From Arenicellales bacterium (GTDB lineage: Bacteria; Pseudomonadota; Gammaproteobacteria; Arenicellales; JAJDZL01), in contig CBDAUA010000001.1 in assembly GCA_965200425.1 (NCBI GenBank), positions 7,271-71,270 of the forward strand: a DNA stretch of 64,000 bases. Direction: 5' to 3'. The notes below the pieces were generated by a model. It ran no database searches and was not told where the DNA came from. It saw only the letters and a program-made list of their open reading frames with translations. Below, one piece after another: positions 20,372 to 31,375 of this stretch (the first letter of the stretch is position 1; every line of letters starts with the position of its first letter). The position numbers were made by a program, and so were the translations under genes.

Positions 20372-21235
20372 GTGGGTAAAGCATTTTTTTGGATGACGGG
20401 AACTCTCTTTAGCTATACTGCCGTAGCAGTAGCAACGAGAGAAGTTTCAATCGAAATGGACACTCCTTCTGTCCTTTTTGTTCGCTCAATCAGCGCGATC
20501 TCGATAATTCTCATTTTGATCGCGTTTTCGACGAAGGGCTTTGAACAAATAAAAACAACTCGCATCAAACTTCATGTGATCCGAAATTGCACCCACTTTG
20601 TCGGCCAATTTGGATGGTTCTTCTCTATCGCTACCATTCCGCTCGCGCATGTATTCGCTTTGGAATTTACTGTACCGATTTGGATTGCTTTGCTAGCTCC
20701 TATTTTTCTGGGCGAAAAACTAACTATTGAACGTGCTGCTTATATACTCATCGGTTTTATCGGAGTCCTTGTCATTGTCCGCCCAACTGGTTTCCAAATT
20801 GAAGCAGGTGAATTGGCGATGCTATGTGGAGCTTTGGGCTTTGCTTGCGCGATGCTCGGAACAAGGAAATTGATACAGACTGAATCTCCACTCAACGTAT
20901 TGTTTTATATGTCCGTTCTGCAGTTGCCTCTATCTGGAACGCTCCTTCTAAGTACTGGCGGTCCTTTCCAAATTCCGAGTCTCCTGTCGTTGATTCTTAT
21001 AATCTTCATAACGTCCGGTGTAATGTTTGCGCATTACTGCATGGTGCGTGCCTTTATGGTTGCAGATATTCTTACAGTCATTCCAATGGAGTATCTGCGA
21101 TTACCGATGATTGCAGTAGTAGGTGCTCTTCTTTATGCGGAATCTGTAGACACAGCAACAATCATCGGGGGAATAACTATTCTGTTTGGAAACTACCTGA
21201 ATGTACGTCTTTCAACGCGTGAGGGAACGGTTTAA
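20372..21235 (+). CDS. DMT/EamA-family transporter
   Basis: About 10 hydrophobic segments; LAPIFLGEKL...GFIGVLVIVRP. Confidence 0.9.
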   Translation: MGKAFFWMTGTLFSYTAVAVATREVSIEMDTPSVLFVRSISAISIILILIAFSTKGFEQIKTTRIKLHVIRNCTHFVGQFGWFFSIATIPLAHVFALEFTVPIWIALLAPIFLGEKLTIERAAYILIGFIGVLVIVRPTGFQIEAGELAMLCGALGFACAMLGTRKLIQTESPLNVLFYMSVLQLPLSGTLLLSTGGPFQIPSLLSLILIIFITSGVMFAHYCMVRAFMVADILTVIPMEYLRLPMIAVVGALLYAESVDTATIIGGITILFGNYLNVRLSTREGTV

Positions 21236-21411
21236 AATGACATACTTCCCATAGATTCAAGTTTGGGCATATTAGAGATTTGTTGCACACAACAGACAAT
21301 AACTCTAGCTAATTCGCAAATTGGTTAACTACGAAGTACATAGATTAACAAATAAATGTATGAGTGAACCGTTTGAAAATGAGAGAACGGTTTATATAGG
21401 AGAATTTTAGT

Positions 21412-21486
21412 TGGTGGGCGATACTGGGATTGAACCAGTGGCCTCTGCCGTGTGAAGGCAGCGCTCTCCCGCTGAGCTAATCGCCC
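21412..21486 (-). tRNA. tRNA-Val (anticodon CAC)
   Basis: Reverse complement GGGCGATTAGCTCAGCGGGAGAGCGCTGCCTTCACACGGCAGAGGCCACTGGTTCAATCCCAGTATCGCCCACCA folds as a cloverleaf with encoded CCA. Confidence 0.96.
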
Positions 21487-21604
21487 TCTTCGAAATCAAT
21501 TATAGAATAATATCGAATTTTCTCGTTTGAAGAAGTCAAGCGGACATTTCATGAGCTATCAACATCTACAAAATTAATTCCCAGAAAAAATCAGTAAGTT
21601 AACA

Positions 21605-22309
21605 ATGAAAAAATCGATTCGAACCATCATGTTCGACGTCTTCGGAACAGTGGTTGATTGGCGGATGAGTATCGCTAACGAAGTACGACAAATTCCCGAA
21701 TTAAGTTTCGTAAACGGTGAAGAATTTGCAGATAGATGGCGTGCAAAATATCAACCTGCAATGGAACGAGTCCGTAGTGGCGGACGAACTTGGGTAAAGC
21801 TGGATGATCTACATTTTGAAAATCTGAATGAACTACTCGATGATCTCGGTGTCGAGAGCTTGAGTGACGAAATCAAGTTTCATCTTAATCACGCCTGGCA
21901 TCGACTTGAACCCTGGCCGGATTCTGTTGAAGGATTAACCAGATTAAAGAAAAGATATACGATTACGACACTTTCCAATGGCAATGTTTCTTTACTTTTG
22001 AATATGGCAAAACGAGCCGGTCTTCCTTGGGATATGATTCTAGGTGCTGAAATCGCCAAACACTACAAACCGCAACCAGAGTCTTATCTAAACTCAGCGG
22101 ATTTGATTGATGTTGACCCCGCGGAGTGTATGCTTACCGCAGCACACAACTCTGACCTCATTGCCGCAGCCGCATGTGGGTTTCGCACAGCCTTCGTTGC
22201 TCGGCCAACGGAATATGGACCGGCACAAACTGAAGATTTAGAACCTTCTGCCCAGTTTGACTTTGTTGCAAAAGACTTTGTTGATTTAGCAGCTCAGCTA
22301 GGGTGCTGA
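21605..22309 (+). CDS. Haloacid dehalogenase type II (HAD superfamily)
   Basis: FDVFGTVVDWR, LSNGN, YKPQP and AAHNSDL motifs. Confidence 0.92.
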   Translation: MKKSIRTIMFDVFGTVVDWRMSIANEVRQIPELSFVNGEEFADRWRAKYQPAMERVRSGGRTWVKLDDLHFENLNELLDDLGVESLSDEIKFHLNHAWHRLEPWPDSVEGLTRLKKRYTITTLSNGNVSLLLNMAKRAGLPWDMILGAEIAKHYKPQPESYLNSADLIDVDPAECMLTAAHNSDLIAAAACGFRTAFVARPTEYGPAQTEDLEPSAQFDFVAKDFVDLAAQLGC

Positions 22310-22382
22310 TCCTCTAGCAATTGTAACGAACATTTCTAGTTTCTCACTGAATCGCTTTTGCTATTGAATTTATACGTCTGAA

Positions 22383-23585
22383 ATGAAGTTGCTATATTCT
22401 TCAATGGGCGTTACTTTGGCGATGATGTTTACCATGGCTGTCGGCAGCTCAGCTATATTGGCAGTCGCCGTTAGCGCTCCGGATGCCGCACCGGATATAG
22501 GTGTTCAAGCGACCTATGTCGGTGTGTTTACCGGGTTCGTCTACTTCGTGTCCATGTTTTCTGGTAGTTTCTGTACCGGATTCATTGTCAAATATGGTCC
22601 CATAAGAGTGCTTCAGTTTTCAGCCTTCGTAACCATTTTGGGACTCGTTGCATTCGTAGTCGGTACTCCTCTCACTACGGTAATCTGCGCCGTGTTACTT
22701 GGAATCGGATACGGTCCTATCAATCCGGCCAACGCCCCCGTATTGTTGAAGGTAACGAATACCAAAAATCGAGCTTTCATGTTCTCGATAAAACAGTCTG
22801 GAGTTACTGTGGGTGGTGCGTTCGCGGCTCTAATGGTTCCAATAGTAGCAACCTGGCATAGCTGGGAACTGGGTATTGTATGCATTGCTTTGCTGGGCGT
22901 ACTATCTCTACTAATTCTGAATCCACTACAACCAAATTACTATAGTGATACAACTCGTGCTGTACACAACTGGTCACTTATTGCAATCATTGGCCCGGTC
23001 ATTCAAATTCTAAAAATACCGCTGTTGCGTGGATTCTCTATGGTTGGCTTTACCTTCGCTGGTGTACAAATTAGCGTAAGTAGTTTCTTCGTCGTCTTTC
23101 TGGTCGAGAGAGGATTCAGTTTGATACAAGCCGGACTTTTCTTTTTGCTGGTAAATCTTGGTGGAATTTTAGGTCGTGTAGCTTGGGGCAGTCTTTCCGA
23201 CAAATGGCTCACTCCAAAATATTCGCTGGCAGCGATCGGTTTTGTATCTGCAGCTTCGTTGAGCATAATGTTTATGATTTCAGTTAGCTGGAATGTATTG
23301 CTACTTTACTTTTTCTCGTTCATATTGGGAAGCTGCACGCATGGTTGGAATGGGGTCTTTCTTTCGGAAGTTGCCAATCAAGCTCCCGAAGGAGAATCCC
23401 ACAATTGGACAGGTGGAGTCCAATTCTTGATTTATGGTGGTGTCGCAATTCTACCACCAATCTTCGGAGTAATCGTTGTATCCACTAGTGGATACACGAT
23501 TCCATTTTTCTTGATCGCCATATCTTGTTTGCTCGCTAGTTTTTCATTGTTGTGGCTCTACAAGACCTACTCTGAATTCCGTTAG
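22383..23585 (+). CDS. MFS transporter
   Basis: About 12 TM segments; GRVAWGSLSDKW and SIKQSGVTVGG motifs. Confidence 0.88.
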   Translation: MKLLYSSMGVTLAMMFTMAVGSSAILAVAVSAPDAAPDIGVQATYVGVFTGFVYFVSMFSGSFCTGFIVKYGPIRVLQFSAFVTILGLVAFVVGTPLTTVICAVLLGIGYGPINPANAPVLLKVTNTKNRAFMFSIKQSGVTVGGAFAALMVPIVATWHSWELGIVCIALLGVLSLLILNPLQPNYYSDTTRAVHNWSLIAIIGPVIQILKIPLLRGFSMVGFTFAGVQISVSSFFVVFLVERGFSLIQAGLFFLLVNLGGILGRVAWGSLSDKWLTPKYSLAAIGFVSAASLSIMFMISVSWNVLLLYFFSFILGSCTHGWNGVFLSEVANQAPEGESHNWTGGVQFLIYGGVAILPPIFGVIVVSTSGYTIPFFLIAISCLLASFSLLWLYKTYSEFR

Positions 23586-24037
23586 TAGAAAATTTTCTAA
23601 GGTGCTTGCTCAATAAGTTACGGAACAACAGAAAACGCACTGCAAGATCGATCCCTAGTGCAACAAATAGTCAATGAATTGCGCAGATTCTTAATCGAGA
23701 TTCCGTAAAGAGAATATGAGTTTCAAAGTAAACGCTCAACGGCTTGAATTTAATAATTTGTTTATTCCTACGGGGTAACGACGATAGACAATTTTAGGTG
23801 GTCTTTATCTGTATTTAGTGATTTATGCCGCAATCTACAAATATATCTTGTTGGATAAAAATTCTCAGTAGTATACTTGCAGCATCAATCATGTCGTAAC
23901 TGAAATTGAACCATAAGTGACAAACACAGAAAGCAACGCTTTTTCTTAATTTCTTTGTTGAAAATTGGTAATGGTAGTATCATGATTTTGACTCATTCTC
24001 TTTGCTTATTTCTACTGTCAGCGACAGTGATTGAATT

Positions 24038-26401
24038 ATGTTGAATTTAAAGTTCTCACCCGAGTTATCCAAACAAGCTCTCGAACCCGGTTTGTTGAAT
24101 TTCGGTCTAGGTCGTGAACGATACGTGGTCCAAGGTCAATCAATGGTTGTGATTCCACTTACCCCTGGGGACAAAATTGAAATTGTGGATCCGGAGGGTT
24201 TGCAACCAGCCCATATCGCCGCATTCGACTCTCGAGGAAATATTTGCTCTGGGCAGTTCGCATCGAATTCGGTGACCGACGGTCGACAACTCGAAAAGAT
24301 GTTGACGAGAAACACCAATGGGGCAATTAAAATCAAATCGAAGTTAAAGTTGTTTGATATTGATTTGGCAAGTGCTGAAACCGCAGTGATCCTCAGTGGT
24401 GAAACATTTCCTGGATCGCGTGAGTCATTTATCTGTAATCTTGAATGCATCGCTTTAATTGGTGCGCCAGGCCAGTCGATGAGAGCGGATCAACAAAATC
24501 CACCAACTGAATTAGTCGTTTGGATTGACCGTAGTCAACCAAACATACATATCAAAAGCGATGTGCCTGACCCTCTAGCAAACCCGTCACAAGATTTTAG
24601 AATAAAAGCCGCTACAGCCAAATCTTTTGAAGTTAATGCCGGTGACTATATTCAGATTGTTGATATAGATGGTCGACAATGTTCAGATTTCCAATGTTTT
24701 GATATCAAAAAGCTAGATCTGGGGATAGAACGCGGCTTGGACGCTACAGCCACACGTACAATGATGATGGCAGCTTATCCGACGCCTGGTCTTCATTCGA
24801 AATTTTTTGATGTAGACTTGGAACCAGTGGTTGAGGTCATACAAGATACTTGCGGTCGACACGACAGTTTTGGTCTCGCTTGTACAAGTAAATATTACGA
24901 TGACTTAGGTTACCCTGGTCATGTCAATTGCTCGGATAATTTCAATTTTGCACTCAGTGAATATCCAGTTGCTCCACGTAAAGGATGGATGGCAATCAAT
25001 TTGTTTTTTAATACATTTTTTGATGATAACTTCCAACTGTACTGCGACGAACCTTGGTCGAGACCAGGAGATTACGTGCTTATGCGTGCGACCCGAGACA
25101 TGGTTTGTGTTTCCTCGTCGTGTTCAGATGACATTGACGCGGCTAATGCATGGAACCCAACGGATATTCAAGTACGTGTGTACGACAAAAATAACTTTTT
25201 TAAGCGCGCAATCGCAGTTCGCAAAACAACGGATTCAGAACCAACAATGACACAGGAAACTGGCTTTCATTCAGAGACCTCCAAATTAACTCGAAATTTT
25301 GTCGAATATTCAGGATATTGGTCACCCAACAGATATACAAATCAAGGTGCCATCAGTGAGTACTGGGCTTGTCGCCAAGGTGCAGTGGCGATCGATCTTT
25401 CTCCTTTAAGAAAGTATGAAGTTATGGGCCCAGATGCTGAACTTTTGCTTCAAACCTGCCTCACAAGAGATGTCAAGAAGTTAGCTGATGGGCAAGTTAC
25501 ATATACCGCGATGTGTAATCAATCCGGCGGAATGATTGATGACGGTACTTTGTTTAAACTTTCTCAAAACAACTTTCGCTGGATTGGAGGATGTGACGGT
25601 TCAGGTTTGTGGTTGAGGGAGAAAGCGGCGGAATTGGGGTTTAAGGCCTGGGTTAAAAATTCGACTAATCACCTCGCTAATTTGCAGGTCCAAGGTCCAG
25701 AAAGCCGTAACATCCTTAAAGAAATGATTTGGACAAGACCAGATCAAGCATCGATTGAAGAACTTAAATGGTTTCGATTTTCGATTGCACGAATGGTTGA
25801 TTCGACCGGGATTCCTATCGTTATTTCACGAACCGGATATACGGGTGAACTTGGCTACGAAATTTTCTGCCACCCTCGAGATGCTGCTGAAGTTTGGCGA
25901 ATTATTATGAATCCCAGAGGAAATTCACCAGTCGTACCTATGGGTCTCGAAGCTCTTGACATTTTGCGAATTGAAGCAGGTTTGATCTTTGCAGGATATG
26001 AATTCTGCGAGCAAACAGATCCATTTGAAGCCGGGATTCCATTTACCGTTCCCTTGAAGTCTAAACAGGATGACTTTATTGGACGCGAAGCTTTGTTGCG
26101 ACGCAAAGCTAGCCCACAACGTAAACTTGTAGGTTTAGAGTTAGTGGGAAGGGAACCGGCAGCTCATGGTGACGGTGTATTTGATGGTAGATACAAGGTT
26201 GGGGAAATTACGAGCTCCACAGTTTCACCCATTCTTGGTAAAACGATTGCCCTTTGTAGAATGAATATCGAATATGCTGATGTCGACACTGTTATCGAAG
26301 TTGGGAAATTAGACCACCATCAAAAGCGTATTCCAGCAAAGGTTGTTCCGTTTCCTCATTTCGATCCAACAAAATTACGAGCAAGAGGTTTCTATAACTA
26401 G
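24038..26401 (+). CDS. tdm: Trimethylamine N-oxide demethylase (DUF1989 + GcvT aminomethyltransferase fusion)
   Basis: DUF1989 motifs (DGRQCSDF, DTCGRHD, NCSDNF) fused to a GcvT domain (DLSPLRK, SRTGYTGELGYE, LRIEAG); 787 aa; tmm nearby. Confidence 0.85.
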   Translation: MLNLKFSPELSKQALEPGLLNFGLGRERYVVQGQSMVVIPLTPGDKIEIVDPEGLQPAHIAAFDSRGNICSGQFASNSVTDGRQLEKMLTRNTNGAIKIKSKLKLFDIDLASAETAVILSGETFPGSRESFICNLECIALIGAPGQSMRADQQNPPTELVVWIDRSQPNIHIKSDVPDPLANPSQDFRIKAATAKSFEVNAGDYIQIVDIDGRQCSDFQCFDIKKLDLGIERGLDATATRTMMMAAYPTPGLHSKFFDVDLEPVVEVIQDTCGRHDSFGLACTSKYYDDLGYPGHVNCSDNFNFALSEYPVAPRKGWMAINLFFNTFFDDNFQLYCDEPWSRPGDYVLMRATRDMVCVSSSCSDDIDAANAWNPTDIQVRVYDKNNFFKRAIAVRKTTDSEPTMTQETGFHSETSKLTRNFVEYSGYWSPNRYTNQGAISEYWACRQGAVAIDLSPLRKYEVMGPDAELLLQTCLTRDVKKLADGQVTYTAMCNQSGGMIDDGTLFKLSQNNFRWIGGCDGSGLWLREKAAELGFKAWVKNSTNHLANLQVQGPESRNILKEMIWTRPDQASIEELKWFRFSIARMVDSTGIPIVISRTGYTGELGYEIFCHPRDAAEVWRIIMNPRGNSPVVPMGLEALDILRIEAGLIFAGYEFCEQTDPFEAGIPFTVPLKSKQDDFIGREALLRRKASPQRKLVGLELVGREPAAHGDGVFDGRYKVGEITSSTVSPILGKTIALCRMNIEYADVDTVIEVGKLDHHQKRIPAKVVPFPHFDPTKLRARGFYN

Positions 26402-27109
26402 CTAAATTCCTAGATAGGCTCTTTTTACGTGTTCATTATCAGCTAGCACGACTGCTTTATCTTGCATTGCTATTCTACCGTTCTCTAAAACATAACCGTA
26501 GTCAACAAGTTTCAGAGCAAGATCAGCATTTTGCTCAACTAGGATCACCGTTACCCCTCGACGATTAATTTCCTGTAAGATTTCTCCGATTTCCTGAACG
26601 ATCAGCGGGGCAAGTCCTAAGGAGGGCTCGTCCAACAGCAGGATCTTTGGGCGTGACATCAGAGCGCGTCCGATCGAAAGCATTTGTTGCTCTCCTCCAC
26701 TCAATGTTCTTGCTTGTTGATTTTGTCGCGCTTGCAAAATAGGAAAATACTGGTAGATTTTCTCTAAATCCTGGTTAATTCGCTTCTGATCGTTGTAAAT
26801 GAAAGCGCCTAATAGTAAGTTCTCTCGAACTGACAAGTCCTTGAATACTCGTCTTCCTTCTGGCACATGTGCAATACCCAGTTCTAACATCTTGTCAGCT
26901 GGAATATTGTTCAGTAGTTGATCATCTAACGTAATTTTACCTTCGCTAGGACGAACGAGACCTGAAAGCGCGCGCAGGGTTGTACTTTTTCCTGCACCAT
27001 TGGAACCAATCAAGGTAATAAATGCACCATCGCCAACACTGAAGCTAATACCCTTCAAGGCTGCGACATTATGATAATTAACCTTTAGATCAGTAACCGT
27101 TAACTCCAT
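26402..27109 (-). CDS. Liv-type ABC transporter ATPase (LivF-like)
   Basis: GSNGAGKST, LSGGEQQM and LLDEPSLGLAP. Confidence 0.93.
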   Translation of the reverse strand: MELTVTDLKVNYHNVAALKGISFSVGDGAFITLIGSNGAGKSTTLRALSGLVRPSEGKITLDDQLLNNIPADKMLELGIAHVPEGRRVFKDLSVRENLLLGAFIYNDQKRINQDLEKIYQYFPILQARQNQQARTLSGGEQQMLSIGRALMSRPKILLLDEPSLGLAPLIVQEIGEILQEINRRGVTVILVEQNADLALKLVDYGYVLENGRIAMQDKAVVLADNEHVKRAYLGI

Positions 27110-27224
27110 TAAATCTCCGACCTAGTTTTCAGCAAATGCTTCATCTTTTTCACCAGCTCGAATATTTCAAAGTCATTCACACTGAGAAAGTTAACAATCG
27201 TCATAGCAAGCAATCTTCGGTTGA

Positions 27225-27977
27225 CTAATTTCCACCCAAGTATGCCTGAATTACGTGAGGATTATTTCGAACTCTTTCCGGCGATCCATCATCTAAAACC
27301 GTACCAAAATTCAACACAGTCAGCCGATCGCAAAGCCCCATGACCGCCTTCATGTTGTGCTCGACGAGAACGATCGTGACACCTGAATCTCGAACCTTTT
27401 GCGTCAACTGCATCATACGACGGGTTTCTTCCGGATTCATACCCGCGAATGGTTCATCCATCAGCAACAGCCTGGGCTTTGACGCCAATGCAATAGCAAC
27501 TGCCAATACGCGCTGAAAGCCCAACGGCAGTTCTGCTGCCAATTGATCGCGCCGATCCCAAAGTGACATAAATTCAAGTACTTCCTTTGCGCTTTTACGA
27601 GCAGCTTGCTGTTTGCTTCGGTCTAATCCCAACAATGCTGAAAAAACATTGGTCTTGGCTTGATTATGATTTCCTATTAGAACGTTTTCGAAAACACTCA
27701 GTTCCTGAAATAAAGTCGTTTCCTGAAACGTCCGCACGACCCCCAAACTCGCAATATATGAAGGCTTTTTTCCTCGAATACTAACATTGTTGAATAATAC
27801 ATCACCAGCCGTAAATGAAAGAAATCCCGCAATCATTTTGAAAGTTGTACTCTTTCCAGCGCCATTTGGCCCGATCAATCCATGAATATCCCCTTCATTG
27901 ACGCGAAAACTGACGCCATTGACAGCAACCAGACCACCAAAATTTTTGGTTAAGTGATTTACATGAAGAATCGACAT
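27225..27977 (-). CDS. Liv-type ABC transporter ATPase (LivG-like)
   Basis: GPNGAGKST, LLMDEPFAGMN and VEHNM. Confidence 0.93.
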   Translation of the reverse strand: MSILHVNHLTKNFGGLVAVNGVSFRVNEGDIHGLIGPNGAGKSTTFKMIAGFLSFTAGDVLFNNVSIRGKKPSYIASLGVVRTFQETTLFQELSVFENVLIGNHNQAKTNVFSALLGLDRSKQQAARKSAKEVLEFMSLWDRRDQLAAELPLGFQRVLAVAIALASKPRLLLMDEPFAGMNPEETRRMMQLTQKVRDSGVTIVLVEHNMKAVMGLCDRLTVLNFGTVLDDGSPERVRNNPHVIQAYLGGN

Positions 27978-28945
27978 TAGGTGAAATTTTGCCCTCTTGT
28001 CCGATAAAAAACCTTCATTTTCTCCAAAATATCTTCCAATCCCCCTCGCAAATAAAGAATAAACAGAATCAAAGTTGCTCCATATATCGCTGGTCGAAGC
28101 TGATTCACTTCGCGAAAGACTTCATCCAATATTGACAAAACGACCGCTCCCAGAATTGCACCATAAAACGTCTTATATCCTCCTACGATGACCCAAATCA
28201 GAATGAAAACCATAAATCCAATATCGAACTGCTTGGGAGCGACAGTACCGATGTAGTGAACTTTGAGTGCACCTGCCAGTCCGACGAACAATGAGCCGAT
28301 AATGAATGCCAGTGTTCGATAGTTCCAGGTATTGACTCCAACGGACTCGGCAAGAGCCGCTTTCCAATGAACCGCATGTAAGGTCAATCCAATACGAGAT
28401 TTTTCGATTCGGTAGAGCAGAAAGACACAAACACTAACAATGATTAGAACCAAGTAGAAATAAGGGATCGGCTCCAAAAAGTCGATATCGAACAGTTCTG
28501 GTGACGGAATTGCACTAATTCCTCCGGTGCCTCCAAAGGGTCGAATGAACTGAATCCAACACAATCGAATCGCCTCACCGGCAGCAAAGGAGCCAATTAA
28601 AAAATAAAACTGCGTCAATCGAAATAGTGGATAACTCAACATCGCAGCGACAAAACCAGCGGCCATTCCCGCTAATGGAAGTGTGATCCAAAACGAAATT
28701 CCAAAACTTTTACTAAGAATCGCACTGGTATAGGCTCCTACTCCCATCATCACAGCATGAATTAAAGACCATTCTCCCGTCAAGGTAACAAGACGATAAC
28801 TAACGACTACTAGCACGTTGATCGTCAGAAAAATCAAAAAGTCTTGATGGTGATACTTTAAGAAATGAGGAAGAACGATTAGAAAGGCGAACAATCCCCC
28901 AAAAGCGACATAAGTTTTAAGCGCGGAAGATGAAAGCTTATTCAC
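27977..28945 (-). CDS. Liv-type ABC permease (LivM-like)
   Basis: Hydrophobic; SRIGLTLHAV...AESVGVN; operon context. Confidence 0.9.
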   Translation of the reverse strand: MNKLSSSALKTYVAFGGLFAFLIVLPHFLKYHHQDFLIFLTINVLVVVSYRLVTLTGEWSLIHAVMMGVGAYTSAILSKSFGISFWITLPLAGMAAGFVAAMLSYPLFRLTQFYFLIGSFAAGEAIRLCWIQFIRPFGGTGGISAIPSPELFDIDFLEPIPYFYLVLIIVSVCVFLLYRIEKSRIGLTLHAVHWKAALAESVGVNTWNYRTLAFIIGSLFVGLAGALKVHYIGTVAPKQFDIGFMVFILIWVIVGGYKTFYGAILGAVVLSILDEVFREVNQLRPAIYGATLILFILYLRGGLEDILEKMKVFYRTRGQNFT

Positions 28946-29807
28946 TGAACTTGTGTCCCATGATTCCTGTTGGACGAATGATCAAAACCAATACCATAAT
29001 CAGTAAACCCGAAATTGTGGCAATAGTTCCACTGAAATATGTAGTGATGAAAGTATGGAAAAGTGCGTAGAGTACTGCAGCAATTACCGCGCCTGGTAGA
29101 CTACCGATGCCTCCAACAATGGTGACGATAAAGGCAGTTATTATGACGTTGTGCCCCATATGAGGATTGATGTTCGTAAGTGGTGCCATCAAAGCACCAG
29201 CCAAACCGGCCAATGCTGAGCCGACACCGATAGCGATCACTGAGATTTTTATCGCACTAATGCCTTGAAGGGTAGCTGCTTCTCGGTCTAGTGCAACCGC
29301 ACGCAATGCCCAACCCAGCTTTGTTCGAGTCAAGAAGTACCAAAGAAGCATCAAGGCTGATATAGAGACACCGATGCTAAACAATCTCTGATTAGGAATT
29401 CGTACTAAGTCCATAATCACCAATGTACCTTCATAAGGAGGTGGAACTTGCTTGGACGGACCTTCCCCACCGAGATAAGTGGCGATCACCTGTAGAATAA
29501 ACAGCACTCCAATAGAACAGATCAGACCACCTAACGGATTATCGATCATCGGTCGAAACATGAAACGTTCCATTACCAAACCAATTCCAGTTACTATAAG
29601 AATCGCAAGGGCAACTGAAAACAAATAAGGAACATCATTTTGTGCGTGAACATACCACACTGTGTATGCACCGATCATTACGAGTTCACCGTGAGCGAAA
29701 TTAACCACTCGCATCACACCGAAGACAAGTACTAATCCGATTGCGGCTAGAGCATAAAAGCCGCTCTGGATAATTCCGTTAACGATAGTTTGGACAAACA
29801 GGTCCAA
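28938..29807 (-). CDS. Liv-type ABC permease (LivH-like)
   Basis: GLVLVFGVMRVVNFAHGE and VGGIGSLPGA. Confidence 0.92.
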   Translation of the reverse strand: MDLFVQTIVNGIIQSGFYALAAIGLVLVFGVMRVVNFAHGELVMIGAYTVWYVHAQNDVPYLFSVALAILIVTGIGLVMERFMFRPMIDNPLGGLICSIGVLFILQVIATYLGGEGPSKQVPPPYEGTLVIMDLVRIPNQRLFSIGVSISALMLLWYFLTRTKLGWALRAVALDREAATLQGISAIKISVIAIGVGSALAGLAGALMAPLTNINPHMGHNVIITAFIVTIVGGIGSLPGAVIAAVLYALFHTFITTYFSGTIATISGLLIMVLVLIIRPTGIMGHKFSE

Positions 29808-29844
29808 TGAATCGACCTTCGTTCAATTTGACTTTGAGTAAAAC

Positions 29845-29882
29845 AAAAAAAGGGGAGAGACTGATTTTCTCTCCCCTTTTTT
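29845..29882. terminator. Intrinsic terminator/stabilising hairpin between the binding-protein gene and the permease genes
   Basis: A7-GGGGAGAGA-ctgattt-TCTCTCCCC-T6. Confidence 0.8.
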
Positions 29883-29898
29883 CTATCTGTAGATGAAT

Positions 29899-31194
29899 TT
29901 ATACGGTACGCAGACCCAAATCTTTCATGTGTCTGATCAAAACACTGGTATTTTCATCAAGCCATAGTGCAAGGTTACCGAATTCTTGAATACGAGCTCT
30001 ACCGTCTTCGACGACAACAACAGGCCAGCCACCTATAAGAACATTGTTTAATCCCCAAAGTGATGCCCCCCACCAATTACCGCCTCCGAAAACGAACCTT
30101 TGATGATTGCTCGTCATGTAATTCGCGACAACTTCTGACTCGACGCTACCTGAAGCTTGGGCATTTTCAATCCAATTCAGTAATATCACTGGATATTCCC
30201 AAGCGACAGCAGACCAGTCATTTGGATGATCTTTGCGGAAGGCAGCGTCAAATCCCGCAGCGTCCGGAAAATTAATTCTATCGTCTGCCAAAGCGGGATC
30301 ATCAAAATCAGGGAATTGGAAAATCGTACCGTTCACGAAATCAACGCTCGTTTTAGCGATAATTTCATGGTAGTAGTCGAGTGTGCAAGATATGATCTTG
30401 CCCTGAAAACCTTGATGATAGAGCTGCTCCATAATTGGAGTGACGTAAAAACTCGTAGCCATGCAGAAAATATCCGGATTCTTGGCGAGCACGGAACTGA
30501 CTATAGGTGCAAAGTCAGTTACATCAAAACCATGCAGGTTGGTATCCACGACCTCAATACCAGCGACTTCGAACGCCGCTTTATAAGTTGCAGTAGACTG
30601 TAACCCGTACTCCGCGTCATTGTTGGTTACGATTACGGCAGTTTTTGCATCAGGAAAATTTCTCGCCAGCCACTCTACTCCAGTCACGTTGTACAGAGGA
30701 TGTGATTCACAGGTTGCAACTAGGTACTTTGATTCGGGAGTAATATCACTTGGCAATAATGTAGTTGTCAGTACTTTCTTTCGTGTAGCCCAGGGTAATA
30801 CGGCACCAACAGTTGCGCCTCCCAACATCATGACCATTTTCGCGTCATCTTCAAGCACAAGCTTTTTCATTCCTTGTACCGCTTGGGCGGTATCGTAGCC
30901 GTGATCATAGGTAGCGACATTGATATCGTATGTTTCGCCACCGATTCGGACGCCACCTGCAGCATTTATGTTATTTGCGATAATTTCGCAACCATAAGAT
31001 CCTGGCAAACCCCAGGGAGCCAAATCACCCGTCATTGGAATATTCATTCCAACCGTTAGTGTTTTGTTAGCGGAATATGCTCGACTAGGAATAATACTCG
31101 CAGCAGTAGCGGTAGTGGCACCAGCAGCTACCTGTTTTAAGAACTTTCGCCTTGATGGATGTAATAGTTTACTTTCCATAATTTTTACCTTCAT
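29899..31194 (-). CDS. Liv-type ABC substrate-binding protein with Tat signal
   Basis: SRRKFLK twin-arginine leader; PMTGDLAPWG...INAAGGV. Confidence 0.9.
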   Translation of the reverse strand: MKVKIMESKLLHPSRRKFLKQVAAGATTATAASIIPSRAYSANKTLTVGMNIPMTGDLAPWGLPGSYGCEIIANNINAAGGVRIGGETYDINVATYDHGYDTAQAVQGMKKLVLEDDAKMVMMLGGATVGAVLPWATRKKVLTTTLLPSDITPESKYLVATCESHPLYNVTGVEWLARNFPDAKTAVIVTNNDAEYGLQSTATYKAAFEVAGIEVVDTNLHGFDVTDFAPIVSSVLAKNPDIFCMATSFYVTPIMEQLYHQGFQGKIISCTLDYYHEIIAKTSVDFVNGTIFQFPDFDDPALADDRINFPDAAGFDAAFRKDHPNDWSAVAWEYPVILLNWIENAQASGSVESEVVANYMTSNHQRFVFGGGNWWGASLWGLNNVLIGGWPVVVVEDGRARIQEFGNLALWLDENTSVLIRHMKDLGLRTV

Positions 31195-31375
31195 TGAGTT
31201 ACTTCAACTAATTCTATTATCACATAAAGTAATATTACGTGTTAAATTCTCGCATGCCTCAAATCGAATTAACGTTGAAAAACAACTAAATCATAGATTG
31301 ATAATCCATCGTTATAATCTAATTATGAATTGAAGAATTTAACTCAATAGATTTGAACAATACTGGAGTAATTAC

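Noticed and set aside
21412-21486. tRNA-Val as an island attachment site
   Set aside because: No 3'-end duplication or mobility genes are nearby.
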